A stretch of 64,000 bases of DNA from a virus. The stretch lies in the IMG/VR virus record IMGVR_UViG_3300013117_000371. One strand, given 5' to 3'. Shown piece by piece: positions 1 to 10,984 of this stretch. Under the pieces are notes generated by a model that worked only from the letters and a program-made list of their open reading frames with translations, made no database searches and had not been told where the DNA came from. Position 1 is the first letter of the stretch. Each line of letters begins with the position of its first letter. A program made the translations under genes and the position numbers.

Positions 1-103
1 TGGTTACAGGATAGCAACCTGTATAGGTTTGTCAAGATTACTCGACTTTTCTGCTGAGGGAGCTCTCCTCCTCAGGGATGTACTTGGCCCAAGAGGCCCA
101 GCA

Positions 104-1909
104 CTACAACTCTTTGGGGTACTCGTACTCCCACTCCCCCCGCATAATGTTCCACGTACGGGAGATGTACTTGTGCGGCCGAGTCAACAACCACATCTCC
201 GGAGTGGGGTCCTCCCCCGGCTTCAGGGGGTGGGCGCCGGACAAAGAGATCCGCACGCCCTCATTGGTAAAGTGCTTTGCTTTAGCCACGTTGTACACCC
301 ACTCATCCGTAGTGTGGTGGGCAGTCCTCCCACTGCGCAGCTTCCGCCAGGCTTTCACCAGGAAGCCGGGGTTGGGCTCCACCGAGACATACCGCTTCAC
401 GATCACTCGACGGTCCTCCGGAGCGAACTGGGCCTGCCCCTCCAAACGGCGTACCCGGGCTTGGGCCTGACGGATGATCTCGGGGTTGAAGTGCCCCTCC
501 ATGGCCTGAAACATGTTGGCGTTCTTGAGGTCCAACCCTTCAGCCCCTGCGCCTGAAAGCACCAATACTCGAGTCTTGCCTGCTTTGAAGTCCTTGACCG
601 CTTGTTGGCGCCCTTCTTTGCTGATTTCGTGCTCCCCAACCTCCCGGCCGGCGCCGATAAAAATGGAGTGGGGTATCCCCCGCTGCGTCAACGCATAGTG
701 GACTGCCTCCACACCCCCCTTGATGAAGTTGGAATAGATGACCGTCTTGTTGCGGGGGTCTGCCGCCAAATGTTCCTCGGCATCACTTGCTACTCGCTCG
801 AGCTTGGTGGAGGTCTCCAGCATCTTGTCGTTCAGCCCAAAACGATTCTGCGTGGACTGCGCTGCCTGGCGGGCCTTGGTTACCCGAGCGAAGACGTGGT
901 GCCGTTCCTTCCTCTTTGGGACAATGCCGGCAATGATTCGCCGAACAATGGACGACGGAACTCCCCGGAGTTCCTCCTGGTAAAAATCCCACTGCTGGGA
1001 GGACATCTCCACCGGAATATACTCCGTAGTCACAGGGGGCAGGGACTTCCCCAGGTCCTCAGTGGAGACGAAGTCTATCCACTGCTCTCCCAACTTCATA
1101 AGGGTCTCGGGTTCAGTGACCGCCTTTTGCCCCCGCTCCCGGCCAAACAGCCCCTCAAACGTCCCCACCTGGGTAGTCACCTGTCGAGACAACCGCCCCT
1201 TGGCCGAAATCTCCCCGTCCGACACCGCCGACAATAGCGGCATCATGTCGTTGGGGGTGTTGGAAACTATCGAGCCAGTCAACAGGAGGCAATGGGGCAC
1301 CCCCCTCCGCAGCTCCATGAAGGAGCGAAAGTTCTGGGAGTTTGGGTCCTTCATCCTCTGAGCTTCGTCCGCTATCACCAAGCCCGGGGACAGGGCACTC
1401 AGTGCCGCCGCATGACGGCGGACCATGGCCCACCCCAACACGATGTAGTCAGGGAGGTTGTTCTGCACTTGGAGTTTCTTCAGGAAGGCAACGTCCTTCC
1501 CGGTCTGGATAACGAAGCCGTCTCGGTTGGTGAACTTCTCAATGCCCTGCTCATCAAACTGGGTCTTCAGCCCATCGGGGGTGATCACTACGATCGGCCC
1601 CCCACCTTGCTTCAGCACGTCCTCAGCAAGAGCTACCGACACAAAGGACTTCCCCGTGCCCACGCCATGGGCAAGGATGAGGCGGCCCCCATTCCGCCGG
1701 GCTTTCTCCAGCGCCCGCTTCTGGTGAGGGTAGGGAGTGAACCCCACCCGCAACCCTGGCCGCGAGGGGCGCCCCTCCGCCCACTTCGGGTGGGCCTGGC
1801 GAGCCTCGGCTAACTTCCCCAAGCCAGGGTGGTCGAGTATGCTGTTGAGTACTGAAGAAGCCACTGAGCGCACCTCCCGGGGCCATTCTACAGCCCCTAC
1901 CTGGCACAT
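104..1909 (-). CDS. SNF2/SWI2-family SF2 helicase/ATPase
   Basis: PYPHQKRAL (Q motif), GVGTGKS (Walker A), IADEAQ (Walker B), LLTGS (motif III), LSGAGAEGLDL (motif V), QAQARVRR (motif VI). Confidence 0.9.
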   Translation of the reverse strand: MCQVGAVEWPREVRSVASSVLNSILDHPGLGKLAEARQAHPKWAEGRPSRPGLRVGFTPYPHQKRALEKARRNGGRLILAHGVGTGKSFVSVALAEDVLKQGGGPIVVITPDGLKTQFDEQGIEKFTNRDGFVIQTGKDVAFLKKLQVQNNLPDYIVLGWAMVRRHAAALSALSPGLVIADEAQRMKDPNSQNFRSFMELRRGVPHCLLLTGSIVSNTPNDMMPLLSAVSDGEISAKGRLSRQVTTQVGTFEGLFGRERGQKAVTEPETLMKLGEQWIDFVSTEDLGKSLPPVTTEYIPVEMSSQQWDFYQEELRGVPSSIVRRIIAGIVPKRKERHHVFARVTKARQAAQSTQNRFGLNDKMLETSTKLERVASDAEEHLAADPRNKTVIYSNFIKGGVEAVHYALTQRGIPHSIFIGAGREVGEHEISKEGRQQAVKDFKAGKTRVLVLSGAGAEGLDLKNANMFQAMEGHFNPEIIRQAQARVRRLEGQAQFAPEDRRVIVKRYVSVEPNPGFLVKAWRKLRSGRTAHHTTDEWVYNVAKAKHFTNEGVRISLSGAHPLKPGEDPTPEMWLLTRPHKYISRTWNIMRGEWEYEYPKEL

Positions 1910-1916
1910 GCAAGGA

Positions 1917-2378
1917 TCAGGGAACCCAATCAGTACGGGCGTCGACGTCGAAGTCGGGGTACGCCCAGGAAACAGCGAGGTCGGCAGCGAAGGTGACCTT
2001 CTCCATCCCCGTATGCGTAGCGGAAGCTATCTCAACCAACCGAGCGTAGGGGAAGAACAAGCCTTCTTTGTAGTCAGGAGTACTTATGGCGGGGATCTTA
2101 CCGTGCATCTCCACCCCGTCCCCGAACGGCACCCGCAGGTGCAATAACAAGCGCCCCTCGGAGAACTCGTAGTCCAGGCGGTCGTACGTGGCCGGCTCTA
2201 TCCCCATCGCCGCTTTAATGACCGGGCCAGGGTCAATGTCCTCCTGGAAGTGGCTGAGCGCCAGCTTCCTCCGGAGCTGCAACGGCAGCAGCTCATCCCC
2301 CACCAGCTTGATGACGGCCTCGTAACTCCTGATAAGCCGCACCAGCACCCGGACGTGGTCGGTAGTAACGACAAACAT
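1917..2378 (-). CDS. Hypothetical protein (likely start MFVVTTDH at 2378)
   Basis: TGATG overlap with the stop of the upstream ORF at 2378-2380; protein-like composition. Confidence 0.6.
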   Translation of the reverse strand: MFVVTTDHVRVLVRLIRSYEAVIKLVGDELLPLQLRRKLALSHFQEDIDPGPVIKAAMGIEPATYDRLDYEFSEGRLLLHLRVPFGDGVEMHGKIPAISTPDYKEGLFFPYARLVEIASATHTGMEKVTFAADLAVSWAYPDFDVDARTDWVP

Positions 2379-2662
2379 CAGCCGCCCTTCCGCCGGCGCT
2401 CGATCTCCTCTCCCACTTCCCGAGCGGCGGTCAGCGCCGCTTCCTGCCGCTCCCTCGCCGACGTACAAGCCAACCCCTCAGCCTGTGCCGCCATGAACAG
2501 GAATCCCATCGGCTGGTAATCGCCGGCAGCAACGCACTTCCCCGTCCTGATGTCCTGCACGTACACTGCCTTGCCCGAATCGTACTTCGTAAAACCGGGG
2601 GCGATGGGCACCCACTTGTGCTCTGGAATCATTCCGGGGTCAGCTACAATTGATAAATCCAT
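2378..2662 (-). CDS. Hypothetical protein
   Basis: 94-aa ORF with GGAG upstream, translationally coupled to the next gene. Confidence 0.6.
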   Translation of the reverse strand: MDLSIVADPGMIPEHKWVPIAPGFTKYDSGKAVYVQDIRTGKCVAAGDYQPMGFLFMAAQAEGLACTSARERQEAALTAAREVGEEIERRRKGG

Positions 2663-2779
2663 CCCACTCTCCTATTTTTTACGGTTGAGGCAGCGACAAA
2701 CAACAACACCACCAAGAGCCCTACTGAGAGCAACAACCAACCCGAAACCGCCCAAGCCCAAACCTCTTCCCAGGCCTCG

Positions 2780-3238
2780 CTACACGAGGGGGGGAGCTCC
2801 ATCCCAAGCATTTTGCTGAGCTGCGTAATCATCGGCGAGCTTCTTCGCCTCCTTTTGTGACTGCACTTCCAGGATTCCCCGTACCGGGTGCTGAATGACG
2901 TACACGGGCGCCTCCTCGCGCTCCTCTCCCGCGAACGGAAGGGGCATAATGTGAAAGCCGGAGAGGATTGTCCCGGCGTGCTTTCGGTACCACGTGTACG
3001 GAATTACGTAACCCTTGATGCACAAGTTGGTATAGAAGTCTCCTTTCCCCTCCACAACCAATTGATTGTGGAACAGCGCAATGCCGATTCTCAACTTGTC
3101 GACTGGGATGTGGACGCCCAGCGCCTTCCCACGAGCCTCTACCCACCGCCTCACTTCCCACACGATATCGTCAGCGGTGGGGCTCCTCTTGGCCAGGGCG
3201 TTCCTCACTACCTCAGCAAGCCCCTCTGACCACCTCAT
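2780..3238 (-). CDS. Hypothetical protein
   Basis: ATGA overlap with the methyltransferase stop at 3235-3238. Confidence 0.6.
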   Translation of the reverse strand: MRWSEGLAEVVRNALAKRSPTADDIVWEVRRWVEARGKALGVHIPVDKLRIGIALFHNQLVVEGKGDFYTNLCIKGYVIPYTWYRKHAGTILSGFHIMPLPFAGEEREEAPVYVIQHPVRGILEVQSQKEAKKLADDYAAQQNAWDGAPPLV

Positions 3239-5100
3239 GTTCTGGCTTCTCTTTGAAATAGCAAGATCGCCTCTTCCTGAATGATCCTATCCTGCCACGG
3301 CACCTGCGAATTGCTATTGTTCGTCTTCAGCTTGTGTCTTATTGCGCCCGTCGTCCGCAAACCAACAGATGCGAACACCTCGCAGATAATCTCATCGGTA
3401 GGAATCACCCTATCACCGAGCCTCTTGTTTCCAACGACGAAAGCTACTTGCCCACCATCGTCCAGCCACTCAGACATCCGCTCTCCAACGGACAGCATGT
3501 CCTGGAAAAACTGCATCATCGCTCGCCGGCGGGCTTCCATCTTGGGGGCGACTTCTTCAGCGCCAAAGAACTCATGGAATGTGGGAGAGACCTTTCGCAC
3601 GCCAGGCCTATCCCCCACGGCGAGTGGTTCTACATACTCGGATCCAATCGTCTTGTCCCGAGTCTCGTAGGGGTCGTGCTTGAGTTCAGCCACAAGGGCC
3701 CGATAGGAGAGCAAGTGCGTTCGGAGGTAGCTCAATGCCTCTACGCCATATGGTGGGGACGTGATGACGTGAGTAAGAGAGCGGGCACCAAGATCGACGT
3801 CAAGGACCGAAGCCTCATGCACGGTGACAGCATTTGGGGGGCCAACAAGATCGCCGTGCGAATGAACCGATGCGTCAATGCTATTCGCCATTCTGTTGAT
3901 GTGCTTGGCCACAATTTCACCTACGTTTACGTCCGTTCTGGGAGTGGCTCTGTATTCCGCTCGAACGACATCGACGTCAACATTGCCGATGCTCCTCATC
4001 CTCGCCGAGAGTGCAACGAGGAGAGCATCCCTTGCAAACCCGGACTCCTTCAAGGCGAGTTCAACAGCGATCGAGACACCAAGCAAGGCTTCTTGAGTGA
4101 ACCAACGCTCCACATTGGAGAAGGCAGGCACGGGATTGCCGGGGCGTGCGAGTATCGCCGAGTGGTCCAGAGAATGAACATCCCTGCCGCCAAGGAACGA
4201 ATTCCAGCCCCTCCAATAGTCCCGCACGAACTGCTTGGCGCCCTGACGCAGCAACTGAGGGTCAAGTGGAAACGCAGCCTTGGTCCAAGACAGGAGGGCG
4301 GAAAGCGGACAGACCTCGATTCCCACGAAAGGAATTCCGAGCAGGCGGCATTCGACGGCCGTAGTCCCGCTACCGAGAAACGGATCGCACACGACGTCCG
4401 ATTTGCCTGCTCCGAAGTAGTTCAGCAAGGTGCGAACGACATGTGGGGGGAAACGCCCTACGTAGCGATGCCATCCATGCGAGCCGTAGTTCGAATTCCA
4501 GGACACAGCGGTGGGTTTTGGCTTCTCAAGTTGGAATTGAGCAGTGAACTCTCGTTCTCCAATCTTCTCGACGAGGGAAAGCCTCCGTACTGCGGTTCTC
4601 CGAGGGAACGGGCGGAGCCCCTCAACCTGCATGCTGAGTAGAGTTTGGTGGAACTCCAACTGGTCCGGCGGTCCATTTCGCATCCAAGGCATGGGAACGG
4701 CTTGAGCAGTTCCCCATGGGAATTGCAGTGGTAACAGCGATTCAGCTTTGAGGGCAGCCGCCCTCTGGAGGGCAGTGGGCCCCGTACGTTCGGTGAGCCG
4801 AGGAATGGAGGGATCACGCAGCCCTTCGGCAAGGTCTCTCTCGGAGGATCCTGGCAGAGGGAAAAGCATGCCTCCGGAGAAAGAATTACTGGGTGCTTTG
4901 GCCTGCCGGACATCCTGCAACTTCTTGTCGGGAGGCGAATGTGAAGTCAGCTCGCGCATCGGAGTTCTGACTGAGCGTACTCCCTTCTGCGCCTCTTCTA
5001 ATTCCTTCAGCGTGATCTTCTTGACGTCCAAATCTACTCCTTCGTATCGTGCCCGTTCTCTTCGGGATTTGTTCGACCGGCTGCATCGCCCGAGCGTCAT
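3235..5100 (-). CDS. Orphan amino-DNA methyltransferase, probably N4-cytosine (motif I before SPPY); true start uncertain
   Basis: HGWHRYVGRFPP, DPFLGSGTT (SAM-binding motif I), GIEVCP, ITSPPY (catalytic motif IV), FVVGN. No endonuclease next to it. Confidence 0.85.
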   Translation of the reverse strand: MTLGRCSRSNKSRRERARYEGVDLDVKKITLKELEEAQKGVRSVRTPMRELTSHSPPDKKLQDVRQAKAPSNSFSGGMLFPLPGSSERDLAEGLRDPSIPRLTERTGPTALQRAAALKAESLLPLQFPWGTAQAVPMPWMRNGPPDQLEFHQTLLSMQVEGLRPFPRRTAVRRLSLVEKIGEREFTAQFQLEKPKPTAVSWNSNYGSHGWHRYVGRFPPHVVRTLLNYFGAGKSDVVCDPFLGSGTTAVECRLLGIPFVGIEVCPLSALLSWTKAAFPLDPQLLRQGAKQFVRDYWRGWNSFLGGRDVHSLDHSAILARPGNPVPAFSNVERWFTQEALLGVSIAVELALKESGFARDALLVALSARMRSIGNVDVDVVRAEYRATPRTDVNVGEIVAKHINRMANSIDASVHSHGDLVGPPNAVTVHEASVLDVDLGARSLTHVITSPPYGVEALSYLRTHLLSYRALVAELKHDPYETRDKTIGSEYVEPLAVGDRPGVRKVSPTFHEFFGAEEVAPKMEARRRAMMQFFQDMLSVGERMSEWLDDGGQVAFVVGNKRLGDRVIPTDEIICEVFASVGLRTTGAIRHKLKTNNSNSQVPWQDRIIQEEAILLFQREART

Positions 5101-5308
5101 GCACGCCCGAGAGCCGATCCCCCGGAGTCAGCACCCCTTAACTTTGCCAGACTGTCCTCCCGGCATCAAGGATTGTTTCCGAGTTTTCTTTGTCCCATCC
5201 CTTTGGCGAGCGGCATCTTGGCCCAGTGAGGCCAACGGAAATGTCTCCACCCCCGGGAGGGTACCCCGGTCCCCGATGGCAGCGTCCCCTACGGGGGGTT
5301 TGGCCTTC

Positions 5309-5695
5309 TTACCCATTGGCCTCCCCCATCGTCAGCAGTACCTGCAACATCTGGGGCTTGTTGAGTTCCTTCACCGACTCATAGGCCCTACGCCGCTTCT
5401 TAGGGGGCATTTGCTTGACGCCTTGCACGGCCAGGTCCCACACCGCCGCAGCACTCGTCAGCAAGTCAATCGCAGGGACATCCAGCGCTTCAGCGTGGCG
5501 AACCAAGGTGAGCAGTCGAATATCCTGATTGTCGTGCCGCTCCATCTTGGACACTGCGACCGGGTGCACCCCCATCCGCTCCGCCACCTCCACCTGGGTC
5601 ATCCCTTGCTGCTCCCGGAGCAGCCGCATGGTGTAGTACACAGCGGTGCACAACGACAAGCCCAGTTTTTCTATTACCTCGTCAGCTTTCATCAA
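5309..5695 (-). CDS. XRE-family helix-turn-helix transcriptional regulator
   Basis: LREQQGMTQVEVAERMGVHPVAVSKMER matches the HTH_XRE pattern, followed by TLVRHAEALDV. Confidence 0.85.
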   Translation of the reverse strand: MMKADEVIEKLGLSLCTAVYYTMRLLREQQGMTQVEVAERMGVHPVAVSKMERHDNQDIRLLTLVRHAEALDVPAIDLLTSAAAVWDLAVQGVKQMPPKKRRRAYESVKELNKPQMLQVLLTMGEANG

Positions 5696-5860
5696 GGAGG
5701 TCCTCCGTTATCGTCTCCGCCTCTACCTTGTCCCCCGGCCCCAACGTGATGCTGATCGTCACCTTCTTCTTAGGTACGGGGAAGACCCCGTCGAAGCCAG
5801 GAGCAACCCTGAAAGGGACGGTCCCTCCCAAATCCACGTGGTCGTCACTCCGGTAGCACA

Positions 5861-6955
5861 TCACGCCCCTTCGTTTTTTTGCCCCAACAGGGGGGCAACG
5901 ACCCGCACAAGCATACCCTTGTCCACAACGAGCACGGGCACATCCTCCAACTCCCCGTCTTCCCGAATGAGCGCTACTCCCCGCAGCAGCACGACGTCCT
6001 CCTCCTCTGCAACTTCCTCCACGGAGACGATGGTCTTTGCCAAAGGCGGGGGTTCCTCCCCCGACGGGGACGCCGTTTTGCAGCGCTCCCCCACGCCCTC
6101 TGTTGTGGAGGGTTCAGGCTCCATCCCCGGCAAATAGGGCTCTTCATCCTCTTCTCCCAACTCGGAGCGGGAGTGTTTCCCCGCTATATCCCTCAAAGTT
6201 TTGGACACGTCATCGTGAGTGCCCTTGCACCGCCACACCAACTCTCCTTCCAGGGTGAGGGAACCGATCATGTCGCCCGGGTCTGTGGACTCCGGGTCGG
6301 ACATGATGACCGCAGTGTATATTCTCTCCCCCGTGCCTATATCCTCAGCCAACTCCAGTCGTGTGACGGTGGTGGTGACCGGGGACACTTGCCCTGCCTC
6401 CCCCACTACGCCCACCTCCCCCTCGAATTCTTCGCAGTCCAACAAGCGATTGTACCTGTAGCCTACCTGGCGGATCAACGCCACCGTGATGTGCTCTAGC
6501 AATTCAAGGACAGGGAAGGCGTACACCACCTTCTTCAAGGAGGTTTCCTCAAACAACGGGTCCCGCTTGGGGGGGCGCTGCCCCACGGAGCGGCAGCGGT
6601 CGAGTGCATCAGTTACCACCTCCTCCAGGGCCTCCAACCCCCGCTCCTCGGCGCCCTCGGCGTCGGACTCGCTGCGAATAGCAGTGTTACGCGAAAAGCT
6701 CAGGATGGCTGCGCCTTGCAAAGCATCCACCACTCGGCAAAGGATGAGATCCTGCACTCGAGAAGCCTCCTCCTTCGTAAACGTCCTCCCCTTCACCTTC
6801 TCGGCGATGCCCGCCACCCCTTTCAGCTCGTCCGCTACCGCCAACAACAGGGGCGAAACTGCCCCCTGCCGACGAATAAGCTCATCCTCGAAGGCCACTT
6901 TTCCCGCCAACGCTGACAACAACTCAGCTTTCTTCTTCATCACCTGTTCCTCCAT
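5861..6955 (-). CDS. Hypothetical protein with an acidic linker
   Basis: 364-aa ORF, start abuts the upstream gene; no recognised motif. Confidence 0.6.
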   Translation of the reverse strand: MEEQVMKKKAELLSALAGKVAFEDELIRRQGAVSPLLLAVADELKGVAGIAEKVKGRTFTKEEASRVQDLILCRVVDALQGAAILSFSRNTAIRSESDAEGAEERGLEALEEVVTDALDRCRSVGQRPPKRDPLFEETSLKKVVYAFPVLELLEHITVALIRQVGYRYNRLLDCEEFEGEVGVVGEAGQVSPVTTTVTRLELAEDIGTGERIYTAVIMSDPESTDPGDMIGSLTLEGELVWRCKGTHDDVSKTLRDIAGKHSRSELGEEDEEPYLPGMEPEPSTTEGVGERCKTASPSGEEPPPLAKTIVSVEEVAEEEDVVLLRGVALIREDGELEDVPVLVVDKGMLVRVVAPLLGQKNEGA

Positions 6956-6958
6956 TAG

Positions 6959-7453
6959 TTACTCAGTCCATGTCACCGGCCGGTACATTGGCGGCCCCTC
7001 ACTCCAGGGGGTGAACAGCACCCCCGAGTTCGGGACCTGGGCCGTGTGCTTCGCTCCGTCAAACTTCACCCTTGGGTCGAGGGGGAACACCGTATCCGAC
7101 ATCGGTACCGCACAACGCCACCACTCCGTCTCGTGCCTGGAGTAGCATAGCACGAACACGAGAGTGTTGGGCCACCGGCTCTCCTCGTACGCCCTTCGCA
7201 CCCACAGCCCGTTCGTTCCCCGGCTGTAGGGGAAGTTGAGGAAGATACGAGTCCCCAGCTCGTGCCAGGGCAACGCCAACGCATCCTCTCCCAACGGGGA
7301 CCCCGGCCCCAACCACCGCTCGCACTTGTGGTTCCCAGCATGGGCGGCGGCGTCCAGGTCGAACCTGAACACATGGTCGAAATAGTCGTACAGCTCCTGA
7401 GGAGTACCATAGTCCTCCTTGCCGCCGCCCGAAGGCTCTAAAGGGAAACCCAT
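6959..7453 (-). CDS. Phage-type DNA N6-adenine methyltransferase (Dam-like)
   Basis: DYGTPQELYDYF, FDLDAAA, IFLNFPYS (NPPY-like motif IV), RHETEWW, RVKFDG: the usual small phage Dam layout. Confidence 0.8.
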   Translation of the reverse strand: MGFPLEPSGGGKEDYGTPQELYDYFDHVFRFDLDAAAHAGNHKCERWLGPGSPLGEDALALPWHELGTRIFLNFPYSRGTNGLWVRRAYEESRWPNTLVFVLCYSRHETEWWRCAVPMSDTVFPLDPRVKFDGAKHTAQVPNSGVLFTPWSEGPPMYRPVTWTE

Positions 7454-7661
7454 ACTAGAACTCTTCGTTGTCGTTGAGGGTATCCAACATGACGTCGATG
7501 CGGCCGGCGATCTCCTCCAGTGAGTCCCGGGTTTGCCTTTGGCTCACCGACGTGTCTCCGAACACCTCCTCAATGGCGGCTTTGGCCGCTTCCACTTTGT
7601 CTGCGTGTTCCATTGCCAAACTCCCTCCTAAGTAATAAGCACCCCCCGAACTACTTCTCTG

Positions 7662-10600
7662 CTAAAGGGCATCTTCCGCCTCTCCTACTTCATCTTCGTC
7701 AAGGAAAAACCCCCTCCTGGTAGCTTCCTCCTCCTGCGCCTCGGAGATGTCGAACCCCTCCAACACTCCGTCGTTCACCCACGCCCATCCATTTGACTTG
7801 AGCTCCCAGGAGGAACTCTCGAGAACCCACATAGCGTATTGGTCCTTCTCAGTGCCCAGGCACCCCTGGAACTCCCCCTTTGGGTCCATCCACCCATGCT
7901 GGGAATCGGGGACCTTCAAGTGGTCCCAAGACAGGTCCGAGAAGAACTCCGCCTCCATGCGTTGCAAGACCACGTGGTCCGAGCACTTGGGCATGTACCC
8001 GCCGACATCGTTCACCCAGGCTTTCTCAGACTCTAGGAACCATGACGTGATCGGAATCCCTCGAGCTGCTGCGTAGGTCACTAGGGCAAACACCTTCATG
8101 TTAACGTTCTTCTTCCCCCTTTTGATGCCTCGCATTACCCGATTCACTGTGGCAAGTCCATCCCCGCCGAGGGCTCTCTTCATACCCCGCAACAGCTCAT
8201 CCAATTGCCGCACCAGGCCCTCCACCCCCAGGGGGTCCCTTTGGGACATCTTCGCCACTTCCTCAGCCAACTCAGCCAGCCGCCCCACCAAAGCGTCCCG
8301 CTCCTTGCGCCAATCCTTGGGGGGAATGCGCTGCTTCAACCCCTTCACAACGATGCGCAGCTTCCGGTTCTCCCGGCGCAGGTCTTCAAGCTCTCCCATC
8401 TACTCAAACTCCTGGTCGTAGTGCTCATCGGCGGCCTGAATGACCGCCTCGGCCGCAGTGCTCCCCTTGCTGATCACGCCGCCAGTGACGTGGCAGTACA
8501 CCTCTCCAACGTTCTGCATCACTCCAGCCCCAGGACAGCCCAGAATCTTCTGCTCACTCCCCATCGTTCTCCCCGCTCAGCACCGAGCACTCGTGGAAGT
8601 TCATTTCGTCGATGACCGTGACGTCCCCCTCCTGGTGGGACTTCTTTATGGCGCCCCCGAGCCCCATAGGTAGTGTGCCCATCGGCAGCACTCTCGAGTG
8701 GTCGGGGGACTCACGCATCTTGCGGAATTCCTCCCGCATCACCCCCAGTTGGTCCTTGGTGTACGCCCGCCCATCATGGGTGAATATCCTGTTCCCGCCG
8801 AAAGAATGCACCCGCACCTTCAGGGGGTCCAAGAGGCGGTACATGGTCCCCTCCGGCGTCTCCACCTCCAAGGAGAGGGCGTTCCCGTAGAACAGCAACT
8901 CCAGCTCCATGAGGGCGTCGAGCTCTACCTTGGTGTGGAGCTTCGTGTACTTGTCAGCCATCAGTTGTCCAGCTTTTCCGGCTTGGCCTGCTTGGCCTGC
9001 TCCAAGACGGCCATGAGGAAAGTACGTATCCCGTGCCCCACATGGCTAGGTGGAAGCAGGGAGCACACCTTCGTGATGAAGGAAGTCTGCTTGCTCAACC
9101 GGGGGAGCGCTACCTTGAGCTCCAGTGTTACCTGACGAGAATCGCTCACCGCCTCTTTCCGGGCCGTCTCCGCCGCTGCCAACTCGTTGATGAGGGCCTC
9201 CATCCCCTCCGGGACATCCTGCACCGCCAAGTCGACGTACTTGTAGAGGCAAACGGCCATCGCCATCCCCTGATAGAACCCGATGGCCCGCTCACTGGCG
9301 CCCCGCGCCCCACCCCCAACAAGAGCCTCTCCCAGGTAGTCCTTGATTTTCCCTACCACCCCCGGGGGTATCCGGTAGTCCTTGACGAACTGCCAGTTCA
9401 ACGTGCGCAGCTTGTCAATACCACTCTCCTCGTCGACGATGGCCAGTACCCGCTCTACGAACTCCATCAGCTCAAATGACATTACGATTCCCCCTTAGGG
9501 CAATTGCCCTCCGGTAGCAGATCCGCACAGAGTCGGGCTAGTCGGACACCCTCTTCTGTCGGTTCGAATCTGGCCAGCACTGGATGCCCACCCCCTAAGA
9601 AGTGGGGGTCCAACTTTCCATTGTCCTTGTAGACGCCTCGGGTGAGGAGGAGCTTTCGGCCATCGAAGGTGGTACATCCTTCGTAGTCCACCACCAGAAT
9701 CGAATGGCCGTTCCGGTCCTCTTGGGCTACTATCGTGTACTTGAAAGGATTGGGGTTCGGCGGCTCGGGGGGAGGGCAACTGCACTGGGTTTGGCAGGTA
9801 CAGCTACTCCCTCCGCTGAATAACGTTATCGCTCCCATCAGGACCCTCCCATTTGTTGGTGAGCTAATGATACCCACCCGATAAGGTCTGATCCCGGGAA
9901 CTCCACGTAGAATTCGTTCGTCATTCCTCCTCCGACCCCTTGGTGGGCATGTCCAACAACGCCTCCAAGGACCTGGTCCCATGCAAGGAAATATGGGAGT
10001 CGTAGTCCTCCATAGTCTGCAACAAGTGCCTCAAGCAGTCCCGCACTTTGTCCTGAGTGTTGCAATTCGGGCACGGCGCCCCCAACCGTCTCGCTTCCTC
10101 CCGAGTGAGTGGGCAGCCCTGGATGAATTCGTCACTTTCCGCCAACGCCCGCAGCTGGGCCTTCCGGCCAGCTCGGTCCACCACTGCCTCCGGCAACTTT
10201 TGCTGCAGGCGCTCCGCCAAATCCGTAGGGGTCTGGAAATACTCCCCCGGCAATGGGGGAGGCAGCACCACCCCGACGCCCTCAAGGATGTCCCCCGCCT
10301 CGAGCGTCATCCCCCGCTCCCAAACGGCCTTCAGGGCGTCCCATCGCTTGCGGCACTCCTTGCAGCCAGGGGGTTTGTCCGTGTAGCGCACCCTGTGCGG
10401 CTCAGCCGGAAGGCCGTACCTACCGAATAGGGCGCCCTCCTTGCAATCCAAACGAACGAACCTCGCCAACGGGGGAGCCGAGTTATTCAGGCGCTCCTTG
10501 AGACTCATCCCATAGTAGGAGGTCACCAGGTGCCAAGTGGCGTCCCTGCGGGGGTGCCATTGCAAAGTCAGGAACTTCATAGCACCCCCTCCCGTTCCAG

Positions 10601-10807
10601 CAGCCACCTGGTCACGCTGAGGTCCACTACCTCCCCTTCGGTGTAGCCCTCGTCCCCGTGCTCCAACTGAGAATGAGGTATCCACACCTCCGTGTCAACC
10701 TGGGTGATGCCGTCGGCTACCTCGATGTCAACCAGGACGGCGGCGTCGCTGGGCGCCACCACTACTCCCCGAACTGCTACATACTTGTCTTCGTCAAACC
10801 CGCTCAT
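7662..10807 (-). other. Run of small hypothetical CDS (7662-8399, 8554-8961, 8961-9482, 9482-9838, 9921-10580, 10577-10807)
   Basis: Consecutive minus-strand ORFs with GGAGG-type RBS and stop/start overlaps. Confidence 0.65.
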
Positions 10808-10915
10808 GTCTCATTCCCTCGGCAGCACAGGCACCCTGAACTCCAGAGTGCCGAAACCACTTCTGCTTCTGCCAGCATCAAGTAACCCTCCGGTGCTGCA
10901 CTAACCCTACAGGCT

Positions 10916-10944
10916 ACTCTACGTCGAAGGGGGAACCCTGTCAA
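10916..10944 (-). promoter_or_regulatory. Sigma70-like leftward promoter
   Basis: TTGACA (10944-10939), 17 nt, TAGAGT (10921-10916), with an AT-rich tract upstream. Confidence 0.7.
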
Positions 10945-10984
10945 GCTTTTTTTGTTTAACATCATTCAATTCCTCGCCCGTATG

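Noticed and set aside
3334-4641. Long plus-strand ORFs opposite real genes (also 42785-44404, 50455-51849, 53509-54489, 62573-63754)
   Set aside because: Antisense shadows expected in high-GC coding DNA; no RBS or motifs, and the opposite strand encodes recognisable proteins.
3235-5700. Complete restriction-modification system
   Set aside because: No PD-(D/E)xK, HNH or GIY-YIG endonuclease ORF recognisable next to either methyltransferase.
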